DNA of 32,000 bases from Rhodoligotrophos defluvii (GCF_005281615.1 NZ_SZZM01000001.1:1489455-1521454), one strand, 5' to 3'. Shown: positions 17,684-27,378, counted from the stretch's first letter. The notes: a model not told the origin generated them from the letters alone. Program-made: numbers and translations.

Positions 17684-18136
17684 TCATACCGGCTGTTCCA
17701 CCAGGATGGAGTAAGCGGCATGCGCCGACTTCGCGCCGCGCAGCATTTTCATGACCTGCTCATCGCGCATCCGGCGGGCGACCGCGGCGAGAATCTTCAG
17801 GTACTCGTTGCTGCCTTCGGGGGACGACAGCAGCAGAAAGACAACATCGACCGGAAGGTCGTCCACTGCCTCGAAATCAATGGGCTTCTTCAGCACCATC
17901 AGCGCGGCGAAGGATGTCTGAAGGCCGGGGACTGGTGCATGAGGCATGGCGACGCCATGGCCGATGCCAGTCGAACCCAGACGCTCGCGGCCCAGCAACG
18001 CCGTGTGGATCGCTTCTTCGGTCAGCCCCGTGCGGGCGGCCGCATGCGCGGCCAGCTTCTTGATCAGGACGGCTTTTGTCGAGATGGATAGATCAAGGAT
18101 CACGTCCTCTGGTGCAATTGCAGATGACAGGTTCAT
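17684..18136 (-). CDS. ptsN: PTS-Ntr EIIA protein (PtsN paralogue) encoded at the 3' end of the kdp locus
   Basis: 150 aa from the ATG at 18136; the longer track ORF up to 18328 would overlap kdpE. Strong PtsN pattern: RERLGSTGIGHGVAMPH (phosphorylatable His), PIDFEAVDDLPVDVVFLLL and LAAVARRMRD...LRGAKS. It lies 46 nt downstream of the kdpE stop on the same strand. Confidence 0.85.
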   Translation of the reverse strand: MNLSSAIAPEDVILDLSISTKAVLIKKLAAHAAARTGLTEEAIHTALLGRERLGSTGIGHGVAMPHAPVPGLQTSFAALMVLKKPIDFEAVDDLPVDVVFLLLSSPEGSNEYLKILAAVARRMRDEQVMKMLRGAKSAHAAYSILVEQPV

Positions 18137-18182
18137 AAGAGTACTCACGTTAAGTCGCCCGCCCGTGGACGAGCGCGCGCGG

Positions 18183-18878
18183 TCACTGCTCCGGCTCACG
18201 GAGGCGGTAACCGACACCTGTTTCAGTAAGGATATATTGCGGCTGATCGGGCGTGGCCTCGATCTTCTGCCGCAACTGGCGGACATAGACCCGCAGATAC
18301 TGGACATCGGTCGAGCCGCCCCACACATGCTTGAGGATGTGCTGGTGCGTGATAACCTTGCCCGCGTGCTGCACGAGAACGCGCAGGATTTCGTATTCCT
18401 TGGGTGAGAGCTTCACCTCCTTGTCTGCGACCTTGACGATCCGTTTCACCAGGTCGACCGAGAGATCGCCGACCTGGAATATCGGACGCTCGCCCTGCTG
18501 CTGGAGCTTGTGCCTGAGCGCCACCCGAATGCGCGCCGCCAGCTCGCGCATCCCGAATGGTTTGGTGAGGTAATCGTCGGCTCCCAGTTCCAGCGCCTTG
18601 ACGATGCCCGTTTCATCGGTCCGGCTGGAGAGGATGACGATCGGCAGTTCGACGAGCTCGGCCCGCCACCGTTCAAGCAGCTCATGGCCCGAGATATCGG
18701 GCAGCCCAAGATCGAGCAGAATGAGATCGGGCTTTTCCTCGGCGAGAAGCGCGACGGCCTCCTCGCCATTCGCGGCCTCGACCATGGCGTAGCCCTCGGC
18801 TGTCAGCCCGACACGCAGGAGCTTCCTGATCGGCGGTTCGTCATCGACGACGAGAATCTTGACTACGGACGTACTCAT
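18183..18878 (-). CDS. kdpE: KdpE response regulator (OmpR family)
   Basis: 231 aa with receiver domain motifs (VVDDE, LLDLGLPD) and a winged-helix C-terminus. ATGA overlap with kdpD. Confidence 0.92.
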   Translation of the reverse strand: MSTSVVKILVVDDEPPIRKLLRVGLTAEGYAMVEAANGEEAVALLAEEKPDLILLDLGLPDISGHELLERWRAELVELPIVILSSRTDETGIVKALELGADDYLTKPFGMRELAARIRVALRHKLQQQGERPIFQVGDLSVDLVKRIVKVADKEVKLSPKEYEILRVLVQHAGKVITHQHILKHVWGGSTDVQYLRVYVRQLRQKIEATPDQPQYILTETGVGYRLREPEQ

Positions 18879-21580
18879 ATCCTTCCTTCCAAAGTCGAGG
18901 GCTCCGGCCCGATCGGAAACCGCAGCGTGAAAATGGCGCCGGTTCTGTCGGCCCGGTTGGTCGCGAAAATCGTCCCGCCCATCGCCTCGACAAAACCCTT
19001 GCAGATCGACAGACCGAGCCCGGTCCCAGCCTGGACGTGGTCCTTCTTCCGGACGCGATAGAAACTGTCGAAAATCCTCGTCAGATCGTCGGGCGGAATG
19101 CCGGGACCTTCATCGACGATCTGCAAGACAACGTGGCTGTCTTCCGCCCATGCCCTGATCGAGATCAGCGAGCCCGTCGGCGCATATTTGCGAGCATTGT
19201 CGAGCAGATTGAACAGCACCTGCTCGAACAGGACCGGATCGAGGCGGACCATCGGCAGATCGGACGGCACCGCGAGGTCCAGCTTATGGAGAGCCAAAAT
19301 CTTTTCGGCTCGGCGCAGGGCGCTGCCGACGCTGTCGCCGATGAACAGTGGTGTCAGCGACACCGCCGCAGCGCCGGATTCCAGCCGTGTCATGTCGAGA
19401 AGGTTCGCGATGAATCGATTGAGTCTCTCGGCCTCTTCGACAATCGTCGTCAGCAGCTCGACCCGACCGGAATCGGTCAGGGATGTCGAATAGTCTCTCA
19501 ACGCTCCCGCCGACCCGAGAATTGACGCCAAAGGCGTCTTGAGGTCATGCGAAAGCGACGTCAGAAGCGCGGAGCGCAGCTTGTCCGCCTCGGCGGCCAG
19601 ACGAGCATTGTCGACATCGGCGACCAGTTGGATACGCTCGATCGCCAGAGCAGCCTGGTCAGCGAGGGAATCGAAAAGCCGCTGTTCCGCAGGCGTCAGC
19701 ACCGGCCCCTGCTTGTCATTGTCCAGACCGATGACGCCGACCCGTGTCCTCCCGGTCTTCAGGGGCAAGTAGAGGCGCTTCGCGCCCGGCAGCGTGTCCG
19801 CGCCACGCCCTGCAGGCTTGTCATGCTCCCAGGCCCACTGAGCCGCCGCAATGTCCGCATCGTCGAGCGTGTCATCGGGCGGGAAACCCGCCTGGACCGC
19901 GATGCGGCCGTTCTCCGGCAACAGAGCGACGACCCTGACCTGAAGCATGGAAGCGATCTGATAGACCGTCGCCCAGAGGACGTCGCCCAAGGTGCCGGCG
20001 CCCGCGAGCTTCTTGCTGAAGAGATAGAGGCCCTCGGTCGTTTTGGCCCGCTGGCGCGCCGTCACGGCTTGCCGTTGCACCCGTCCCGCCAGATTGCTGG
20101 CAATCACCGCGACGCCGAGAAAGAACGCGAAGGCGACGACGCTTTCGGGGTCGCCGATATCCAGGGTGTAGCGCGGTTCGAGGAAGAAGAAGTTGAAGAC
20201 GAACGCGCTGACCACGGAGGCGAACAACGCCGGCCAAAGCCCGCCTCCCATCGCCGAGGCGAGCACGGCCATCAGGAAGACAAGGGCGATGTTGCGCACA
20301 TCAAGAAAGCGCGAGAGCGCCGTTCCGATGCCCAGCGCCACGGCGACGTAAAGGGAACTCCAGAGATAATGGCCGAAGTCGAGCCGTCGTTTGGGCCGCG
20401 CGCTGAGCGTCGCTGGAGGTCGCGTTTCCTCACCGTTGCCCGGCGAGATGACGTGCACGCTCACGTCCGTCTTGGCGCGGATCAGGTCATGAGAAACGGA
20501 GCCCGCGAAAAGCTCCCGCCACCTGGGCGAGGTCGGCATGCCGACGATGACATGTGTGTAGTTGTTGGTCGACGCGTAGGTCAGAATCTCTTGCGCAACG
20601 TTCTCGCCGGGCAGGGTAACGGCCTCGGCGCCGAGTTGCTCGGCAAGACGCAGTGCGCTGGCGATCTTGTCCTTATTCTGCTCGGAGAGCCGGGCATCCT
20701 TGCTCGTCTCGACGTGAACCGCGGCCCATGGCGCACGAAGCCGGTCCGCCTGGCGGCGGCCATAGCGCACGAGCGCCATCGCTCCGGGCCGTTCGTTGAT
20801 GCACACCAGGACGCGCTCACCGGCCGACCACGGCCCGGCGATCGCATGCGCCTGCATATGGGTGACCAACTGGTCATCGACCCGCTGCGCCGTGCGCCGC
20901 AGCGCCAACTCACGAAGGGCCGTCAGATTGCTTGGCGAGAAATAGTTCTGTGTCGCGCGCTTCGCGGTCTTGGGCAGATAGACCTTGCCCTCGTTCAACC
21001 GCTTGATCAGGTCGCCCGGCGTAATGTCGATGATCTCGATGTCGTCGGCGCGGTCTATGATCGAGTCCGGAACGGTCTCCCGCACCCGGATTCGTGTGAT
21101 CTGCGCCACCACGTCGTTGAGGCTTTCGACATGCTGGATGTTAAGCGTGCTGTAGACGTCTATGCCGTTGGCCAGCAGTTCCTCGACATCGAGATAGCGC
21201 TTGGGATGGCGACTGCCAGGAGCGTTGGTGTGGGCGAGCTCGTCCACCAGGACCAGCGCCGGCTTGCGCGCGAGGATCGCGTCGATGTCCATTTCATCGA
21301 GCACATGCCCTCGATAGGGCACAGCGCGACGCGGAACGATCTCGAACCCGTCGACCAGAGCCTCGGTCTCGGCCCGCCCGTGGGTCTCGACCACCCCGAT
21401 GACCACGTCGACGCCATCGGCCCGCTGAGCCCGGCCCGACATGAGCATCTCATACGTTTTGCCCACACCCGGCGCCGCCCCAAGAAAGATCTTGAGGTGG
21501 CCCCGCGTCTCCCGCTGCGCATTTTCCAGCAATGCATCAGGCGATGGCCGGCTCTGCTCTCGTATTGGGTGGTCAGACAC
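18875..21580 (-). CDS. kdpD: KdpD sensor histidine kinase
   Basis: 901 aa with a GTG start; GGAG lies 8 nt upstream. N-terminal KdpD domain with GAAPGVGKT, a Usp-like region, four TM helices, H-box SHDLKTPLASI and a HATPase domain. Confidence 0.95.
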   Translation of the reverse strand: MSDHPIREQSRPSPDALLENAQRETRGHLKIFLGAAPGVGKTYEMLMSGRAQRADGVDVVIGVVETHGRAETEALVDGFEIVPRRAVPYRGHVLDEMDIDAILARKPALVLVDELAHTNAPGSRHPKRYLDVEELLANGIDVYSTLNIQHVESLNDVVAQITRIRVRETVPDSIIDRADDIEIIDITPGDLIKRLNEGKVYLPKTAKRATQNYFSPSNLTALRELALRRTAQRVDDQLVTHMQAHAIAGPWSAGERVLVCINERPGAMALVRYGRRQADRLRAPWAAVHVETSKDARLSEQNKDKIASALRLAEQLGAEAVTLPGENVAQEILTYASTNNYTHVIVGMPTSPRWRELFAGSVSHDLIRAKTDVSVHVISPGNGEETRPPATLSARPKRRLDFGHYLWSSLYVAVALGIGTALSRFLDVRNIALVFLMAVLASAMGGGLWPALFASVVSAFVFNFFFLEPRYTLDIGDPESVVAFAFFLGVAVIASNLAGRVQRQAVTARQRAKTTEGLYLFSKKLAGAGTLGDVLWATVYQIASMLQVRVVALLPENGRIAVQAGFPPDDTLDDADIAAAQWAWEHDKPAGRGADTLPGAKRLYLPLKTGRTRVGVIGLDNDKQGPVLTPAEQRLFDSLADQAALAIERIQLVADVDNARLAAEADKLRSALLTSLSHDLKTPLASILGSAGALRDYSTSLTDSGRVELLTTIVEEAERLNRFIANLLDMTRLESGAAAVSLTPLFIGDSVGSALRRAEKILALHKLDLAVPSDLPMVRLDPVLFEQVLFNLLDNARKYAPTGSLISIRAWAEDSHVVLQIVDEGPGIPPDDLTRIFDSFYRVRKKDHVQAGTGLGLSICKGFVEAMGGTIFATNRADRTGAIFTLRFPIGPEPSTLEGRI

Positions 21581-21638
21581 TTAATTGACTCCGGATCAAC
21601 GGTCAGGACGGCTATTATAGCCGCCCTGACGACTTCAT

Positions 21639-22289
<651 letters not shown>

Positions 22290-24359
22290 TTAGGCGAGAC
22301 CGACGGCGGTGATCGCCATGTCGATGAGTTTGATGCCGGCGAAGGGCACGAGAATACCGCCCAGGCCGTAGATCAGGAGGTTACGGGACAACAGCGAACC
22401 CGCTCCGATGGCGCGATACTTGACGCCTTTCAGCGACAGCGGGATCAGCGCCACGATGATGAGGGCGTTGAAGATGATCGCCGACAGGATCGCGCTCTCG
22501 GGCGAAGCGAGGCCCATGATGTTGAGCGCGCCGAGCTGCGGATAGAAGACGAGGAACATCGCCGGGATGATCGCGAAATACTTCGCGATATCGTTGGCGA
22601 TCGAGAACGTCGTCAGCGCGCCGCGCGTCATCAGCAACTGCTTGCCGATTTCCACGATCTCGATCAGCTTGGTCGGGTCGCTGTCGAGATCCACCATGTT
22701 GCCGGCCTCGCGGGCGGCGACCGTGCCGGTGTTCATGGCGACGCCGACATCCGCCTGGGCGAGCGCCGGGGCGTCATTGGTGCCGTCACCACACATGGCG
22801 ACCAGCTTGCCCTTGGCCTGCTCCTCACGGATCAGCGCCAGCTTGTTCTCCGGCGTCGCCTGCGCCAGGAAGTCATCGACGCCAGCTTCGGCGGCGATGG
22901 CCGCCGCGGTCATCGGGTTGTCGCCGGTGATCATCACCGTGCGGATACCCATGCGGCGCAGCTCGGCGAACCGTTCCTTGATGCCGCCCTTGACGATGTC
23001 CTTGAGGTAGATGACGCCGAGCAGGCGGCCATCCTTCACCACGGCGAGCGGCGTGCCGCCTGCCTTGGCGATCTGGTCGGCGATGCCCTGAAGCTCACGA
23101 ACGCTTTCGGCGGACGCGCGCGGGCTGCCGGTCGCCACTGTTGCGAGATCCACGTGCTTCAGAACCGCATCGACCGCGCCCTTGCGGATGGTCGAACCAT
23201 CCAGGTCGACGCCGCTCATCCGGGTCTGCGCCGTGAAGGGGACGAAGGTGGCGTTGAGGCTCGCCATGTCGCGCGCGCGGATGCCGTATTTTTCCTTGGC
23301 GAGCACTACGATCGAGCGGCCTTCGGGGGTCTCGTCGGCCAGCGAAGCAAGCTGCGCTGCATCGGCGAGTTCCTTTTCGGTGACGCCCCGGATCGGCCGG
23401 AACTCGCTCGCCTGACGGTTGCCGAGCGTGATCGTGCCGGTCTTGTCGAGCAGCAGCGTGTCGACGTCGCCAGCGGCTTCAACGGCACGGCCGGACATGG
23501 CCAGAACATTGAAGCGGACCAGCCGGTCCATACCGGCAATGCCGATGGCCGAGAGCAGTGCGCCAATGGTGGTCGGAATCAGCGTGACGAACAGGGCGAC
23601 CAGAACGATGATGGGAACATACCCGCCCGCATAGGTCGCGAAGCTCGGAATGGTCACGACCGCCAGAACGAAGATCAGCGTCATGCCCGCAAGCAGGATA
23701 TTGAGCGCGATTTCGTTCGGCGTTTTCTGGCGCTCGGCGCCTTCAACGAGAGCGATCATCTTGTCGATGAAAGTCGAGCCAGCCGCGGCCGTGATCCGGA
23801 CCTTGATCCAGTCGGAGAGCACTTGCGTGCCGCCAGTGACGGCGGAGCGGTCGCCACCAGACTCGCGGATGACAGGGGCCGATTCGCCGGTGATAGCCGC
23901 TTCGTTCACCGACGCGACGCCCTCGATGACTTCGCCGTCAGAGGGGATGATGTCGCCGGGCTCGACGAGAACAACGTCACCAACCTTCAGCGTGGCCCCG
24001 GGCACCATTTTGTAGTCGGAGCCGCCGTTCGAAAGCAGCTTGGCCTGGGTCTCGCTGCGCGTGCGCCGAAGCGATTCCGCCTGCGCCTTGCCGCGCCCTT
24101 CGGCGACGGCTTCGGCAAAGTTGGCGAAAAGCACTGTGAACCAGAGCCACAGCACGATCTGCAGCGAGAAGCCGACATTTTCGGCCCCGGTCGCGATGTC
24201 CTTCAACAGCAGCACCGTCGTCAGCACCGAGACGACCGCGACGACGAACATTACGGGGTTTTTGGCGAGGCTCTTCGGATTCAGTTTCCGGAAGGCATCG
24301 CCAATGGCCGGTACAAGTATGCGAGCGTCCAGCATGCTCGCGGATTTGGACTGGTTCAT
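22290..24359 (-). CDS. kdpB: K+-transporting P-type ATPase subunit KdpB
   Basis: 689 aa with the P-type motifs DKTGTIT, MITGDNP and [10 protein letters not shown]. Confidence 0.96.
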   Translation of the reverse strand: MNQSKSASMLDARILVPAIGDAFRKLNPKSLAKNPVMFVVAVVSVLTTVLLLKDIATGAENVGFSLQIVLWLWFTVLFANFAEAVAEGRGKAQAESLRRTRSETQAKLLSNGGSDYKMVPGATLKVGDVVLVEPGDIIPSDGEVIEGVASVNEAAITGESAPVIRESGGDRSAVTGGTQVLSDWIKVRITAAAGSTFIDKMIALVEGAERQKTPNEIALNILLAGMTLIFVLAVVTIPSFATYAGGYVPIIVLVALFVTLIPTTIGALLSAIGIAGMDRLVRFNVLAMSGRAVEAAGDVDTLLLDKTGTITLGNRQASEFRPIRGVTEKELADAAQLASLADETPEGRSIVVLAKEKYGIRARDMASLNATFVPFTAQTRMSGVDLDGSTIRKGAVDAVLKHVDLATVATGSPRASAESVRELQGIADQIAKAGGTPLAVVKDGRLLGVIYLKDIVKGGIKERFAELRRMGIRTVMITGDNPMTAAAIAAEAGVDDFLAQATPENKLALIREEQAKGKLVAMCGDGTNDAPALAQADVGVAMNTGTVAAREAGNMVDLDSDPTKLIEIVEIGKQLLMTRGALTTFSIANDIAKYFAIIPAMFLVFYPQLGALNIMGLASPESAILSAIIFNALIIVALIPLSLKGVKYRAIGAGSLLSRNLLIYGLGGILVPFAGIKLIDMAITAVGLA

Positions 24360-24401
24360 AAGAAACTCCAGCGAGTTTGTTCTTGGGGGCCAACCACTCG
24401 G

Positions 24402-24578
24402 TCACGCCGCCGCGAGCAATTCAGTGATAAGTTTGGCGAGGAGCACCACGCCCCCCAAAGTCAGTGTCATGCCGAGAATGATCGTCGATGCCCTGGGCGG
24501 TCTGGCCGCCCCTCGCTTCTGAAACCAGGAGCGAGGGTTCACGACAAATCGGATCGATCTCAGCCATTTGGCCGTCAT
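24402..24578 (-). CDS. Small (58 aa) basic, single-TM protein encoded between kdpA and kdpB; candidate extra Kdp-associated subunit
   Basis: Hand translation gives MTAKWLRSIRFVVNPRSWFQKRGAARPPRASTIILGMTLTLGGVVLLAKLITELLAAA*. The ATG at 24578 lies 8 nt after the kdpA stop, and GAGGA overlaps that stop. My hand count gives GC3 about 72% versus GC1 about 53%, which is a coding-like pattern. The ORF fills an otherwise unexplained 227-nt gap and falls below the 60-aa ORF-track cutoff. Confidence 0.55.
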   Translation of the reverse strand: MTAKWLRSIRFVVNPRSWFQKRGAARPPRASTIILGMTLTLGGVVLLAKLITELLAAA

Positions 24579-24586
24579 CGCGATCC

Positions 24587-26284
24587 TCAGAACGTCTGGC
24601 CCGCCAGCATGGCGAAGTGCTCGACGATCGGACCCAGCGCCAGGACCGGGAAGAACGTCAGGCCGCCGACGATCAGCGTCACGCCAACGACAAGGCCGAT
24701 GAACAGCGGTCCCGTCGTGGGCAGTGTTCCCGTCGATGCCGGCACGCTCTTCTTGGCCGCGAGCGAGCCCGCGATCGCCAGGACCGGCACGATGAGCAGG
24801 AAGCGCCCCATCAGCATCGCGAGACCGATAGTAATGTTGTAGAAGGGCGTATTCGCGCTCAGACCGGCAAAGGCGCTGCCGTTGTTGTTGGCGCCGGACG
24901 TGAAGGCGTACAACACCTCGCTCAATCCATGCGGGCCAGCGTCCTGGATGCTGGACAAGCCAACAGGAAGAACGACGGCGATCGCGGTCAGGGCCAAGAT
25001 GGCGAGCGACGGTCCAAGCATCGCGAGGATGCTCATCTTCACTTCCTTGGCCTCGATCTTCTTGCCGATATATTCCGGCGTGCGACCGACCATCAGACCG
25101 GCGATGAAGACGGCGAGGATCGCGAAGATCAAGGTGCCGTAGACACCGGCGCCGATGCCACCGAGCGGCGGGATCTGCATGTTGAACAGGGGCACAAGGC
25201 CGCCAAGCGGCATGAGGCTGTCATGCATAGTGTTGACGGCGCCCGTCGAGGCCGACGTCGTTACGACGGCGAAGAGCGAGGAAAGCGCAATGCCGAACCG
25301 CGTCTCCTTGCCTTCCATGTTGCCGCCCTCGAGGCCGAGCGCATGCAGGATGGGGTTGCCGGCAGCTTCCGCCCAATAGACGACGCCGATGCCCGCGACG
25401 ACGATGGTGAGTATCGCGCCAAGCAGCGCCCAACCCTGCTTCTGGTTGCCGATCATGCGGCCGAACACATTCAGCATCGCAAAGGAGATCGAGTAGATCG
25501 CCAGAATGTGGATCAAGTTGGTCAGTGCCGTCGGATTCTCGAACGGATGGGAAGAGTTGGCGTTGAAGAAGCCGCCGCCATTGGTTCCCAGATGCTTGAT
25601 GATCATCTGCGAAGCGACAGGGCCCTGCGCGATGGTCTGCTGCGCGCCTTCAACCGTCGTGGCGACGGTGTAGGGGTTCAGGTTCTGCGGAACGCCTTGC
25701 CACACCAGCACCAGGCTGCCGACGATGCAGATCGGCATCAGGATGTAGAGCGTCGCCCGCGTCAGATCGACCCAGAAATTGCCGACGGTCTTGGCGGACG
25801 CGCGAGAGAAGCCGCGAATGATCGCCATGGCCCCGGCCACGCCCACAGCCGCCGACACGAAGTTCTGCACCGTGATGCCGGCCATCTGTGTCAGATAGCT
25901 CATGGTGGTTTCGCCGCCATAGCCCTGCCAGTTGGTGTTGGTCATGAAGCTGACCGCCGTGTTGAACGACGAATCCGCGCTTACAGCACCCATTCCGGCC
26001 GGGTTGAAGGGCAAACCGCCCTGGATGCGCTGCAAGAGATAAAGCAGTGCGAAACCGGCCAGGTTGAACAGCAGCATGGCGCCCAGGTAGGTCGTCCAGT
26101 GCTGCTCTTCCTTCTCACTGGTTCCGGCCATGCCATAGAGGCCGCGTTCCACGGGTCCCAGAACCGGCGAAAGGAAGGTCCTCTCGCCGTTCATGACACG
26201 CGTGATGTAGCCGCCGAGCGGCTTCACCAGCGCGATGACGATCCCGAGAAAGACTAGGATCTGTATCCATCCATTTATGGTCAT
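24587..26284 (-). CDS. kdpA: K+-transporting ATPase subunit KdpA
   Basis: 565 aa starting [31 protein letters not shown]. Polytopic membrane protein with the KdpA pattern throughout. Confidence 0.96.
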   Translation of the reverse strand: MTINGWIQILVFLGIVIALVKPLGGYITRVMNGERTFLSPVLGPVERGLYGMAGTSEKEEQHWTTYLGAMLLFNLAGFALLYLLQRIQGGLPFNPAGMGAVSADSSFNTAVSFMTNTNWQGYGGETTMSYLTQMAGITVQNFVSAAVGVAGAMAIIRGFSRASAKTVGNFWVDLTRATLYILMPICIVGSLVLVWQGVPQNLNPYTVATTVEGAQQTIAQGPVASQMIIKHLGTNGGGFFNANSSHPFENPTALTNLIHILAIYSISFAMLNVFGRMIGNQKQGWALLGAILTIVVAGIGVVYWAEAAGNPILHALGLEGGNMEGKETRFGIALSSLFAVVTTSASTGAVNTMHDSLMPLGGLVPLFNMQIPPLGGIGAGVYGTLIFAILAVFIAGLMVGRTPEYIGKKIEAKEVKMSILAMLGPSLAILALTAIAVVLPVGLSSIQDAGPHGLSEVLYAFTSGANNNGSAFAGLSANTPFYNITIGLAMLMGRFLLIVPVLAIAGSLAAKKSVPASTGTLPTTGPLFIGLVVGVTLIVGGLTFFPVLALGPIVEHFAMLAGQTF

Positions 26285-26314
26285 CGGTCGTTTCTTTCCG
26301 AGCTGTTGCCTTGA

Positions 26315-26404
26315 TCAGAACCGCTCGGGACGAGCGAGGGCGTAAAGCAGGTAGCCGGTGATAAACACCGCGACTGCTGCCCCAAGGAAATATTCCAAGA
26401 TCAT
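26315..26404 (-). CDS. kdpF: K+-transporting ATPase subunit KdpF
   Basis: Hand translation gives MILEYFLGAAVAVFITGYLLYALARPERF* (29 aa). AGGAGG lies 7 nt upstream. The C-terminal GYLxYAL...PExF is the KdpF signature. The gene is 30 nt upstream of kdpA. Confidence 0.85.
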   Translation of the reverse strand: MILEYFLGAAVAVFITGYLLYALARPERF

Positions 26405-26420
26405 GTTGCCGCCTCCTGGG

Positions 26421-26501
26421 TCAGAGCTTTTCGCAAAGCTTGATGTATCCAAACATCAAGGCGAAGAATCCGAACCCTATCGCTAGTACAAGAACATCCA
26501 T
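26421..26501 (-). CDS. 26-aa hydrophobic micro-ORF, possible second KdpF-like peptide
   Basis: Hand translation gives MDVLVLAIGFGFFALMFGYIKLCEKL*. GGAGG lies 8 nt upstream of the ATG at 26501. Its TGA stop abuts the kdpF SD sequence. It shares with KdpF a single helix with a GY motif at about position 18. Codon usage is more AT-rich than in the neighbouring genes. Confidence 0.35.
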   Translation of the reverse strand: MDVLVLAIGFGFFALMFGYIKLCEKL

Positions 26502-26758
26502 TGCTTTCGCCTCCGGCGCCGCTGTTGGTACAAATGGCCGCCCAGGATGGATCGTCCTGACCGGTCACAGGTTGAATTCTTCCAGCGCGCCCTTGCGTAC
26601 GCACGGGTGCCGGAGGAGGAATTTGACGGAAATATGGACGCGAACCGCATATAGGTTCGAGAGAGAACGGGGCCTCAAAAAATAGGAATCCAATAGTTAT
26701 TTTGGCGGCGCGCATAAAAATTCCATAGGAATTTCTGCCAAACCGCCCATTGGCAAGC

Positions 26759-26794
26759 AAAAAGCCCACCGACTCGGTAGAGGCGGCAGGCTTT
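26759..26794 (-). terminator. Rho-independent terminator downstream of the 82-aa ORF, insulating the kdp promoter region
   Basis: The - strand reads GCCTGCCG-(12 nt)-CGGTGGGC, an 8-bp stem with two G-U pairs, followed by TTTTTG. Confidence 0.5.
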
Positions 26795-26880
26795 GCTTAT
26801 GTCAACGAGAAGAGTTACTTCTCCATCTCACTCGTCACGGTAACGTCAGCGAGCGTGAGCGAGTCATCGATAGCAACCGG

Positions 26881-27129
26881 CTAGGCGGCGGCCCGGCGTC
26901 CAAACAGCGGGTCAAGGCTCAGGCGCTGGCTTTCGGCCATGCAGATCACAGCCCCTGTCGCGTTATTGGTTTCCTGACGGGCGAAGTGAATCGCCGCATC
27001 CTTGCTGACAAAGCAGCCGCCGACGAGGTTACGCTCATCGCGGACGGTCCAGCATCCTCGGTTGTCCTGGCCGACGAAAAAATGATTTAGAGGTTGGGGA
27101 GGCTCTTTCGGCTGAATGGCGCTTGCCAT
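26881..27129 (-). CDS. Small hypothetical protein, DUF2188-like motif
   Basis: 82 aa. The core HFFVGQDNRGCWTVRDERNLVGGCFVSKDAAIHFARQE follows the pattern aromatic-V..(G)W.V......F....A...A that I associate with DUF2188. AGGA lies about 10 nt upstream. Confidence 0.45.
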   Translation of the reverse strand: MASAIQPKEPPQPLNHFFVGQDNRGCWTVRDERNLVGGCFVSKDAAIHFARQETNNATGAVICMAESQRLSLDPLFGRRAAA

Positions 27130-27183
27130 GGAAGATGATCCTGATTGTTCGTTGAAGAGTGAGCTGTGGACGTCGTTGGCGCG

Positions 27184-27378
27184 CTAGCCGGCCAACGCGG
27201 TGACTGTGGCGACAGCCGCAATCACGAGGGCCATCACGACTCCGAGCCGCAGGAACATTCCAACGTCGGCCATCGGCTCATCCGAGCGCACGGCAACCTT
27301 GGCTTCGCCATCCGTCCGCCCAGGGTTGGCCTTGTTCTGTTGTTGCATCGCATAGAAATAGTATCCGAGAGGGTGCAT
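27184..27378 (-). CDS. Small tail-anchored membrane protein, hypothetical
   Basis: 64 aa with a polar N-half and a C-terminal TM helix, FLRLGVVMALVIAAVATVTALAG*. My hand count gives GC3 about 73%, slightly above GC1 at about 69%. It sits directly upstream of, and co-directional with, the 82-aa ORF. Confidence 0.4.
   Translation of the reverse strand: MHPLGYYFYAMQQQNKANPGRTDGEAKVAVRSDEPMADVGMFLRLGVVMALVIAAVATVTALAG

Noticed and set aside
24488-26257. 589-aa + strand ORF antisense to kdpA
   Set aside because: It is a shadow ORF opposite a clear KdpA and has no recognisable motifs.
26401-26769. 122-aa - strand ORF covering the kdp upstream region
   Set aside because: Its start lies inside the terminator stem at 26759-26794. 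It runs through AT-rich regulatory DNA and overlaps the kdpF start and the micro-ORF out of frame. It has no recognisable features.
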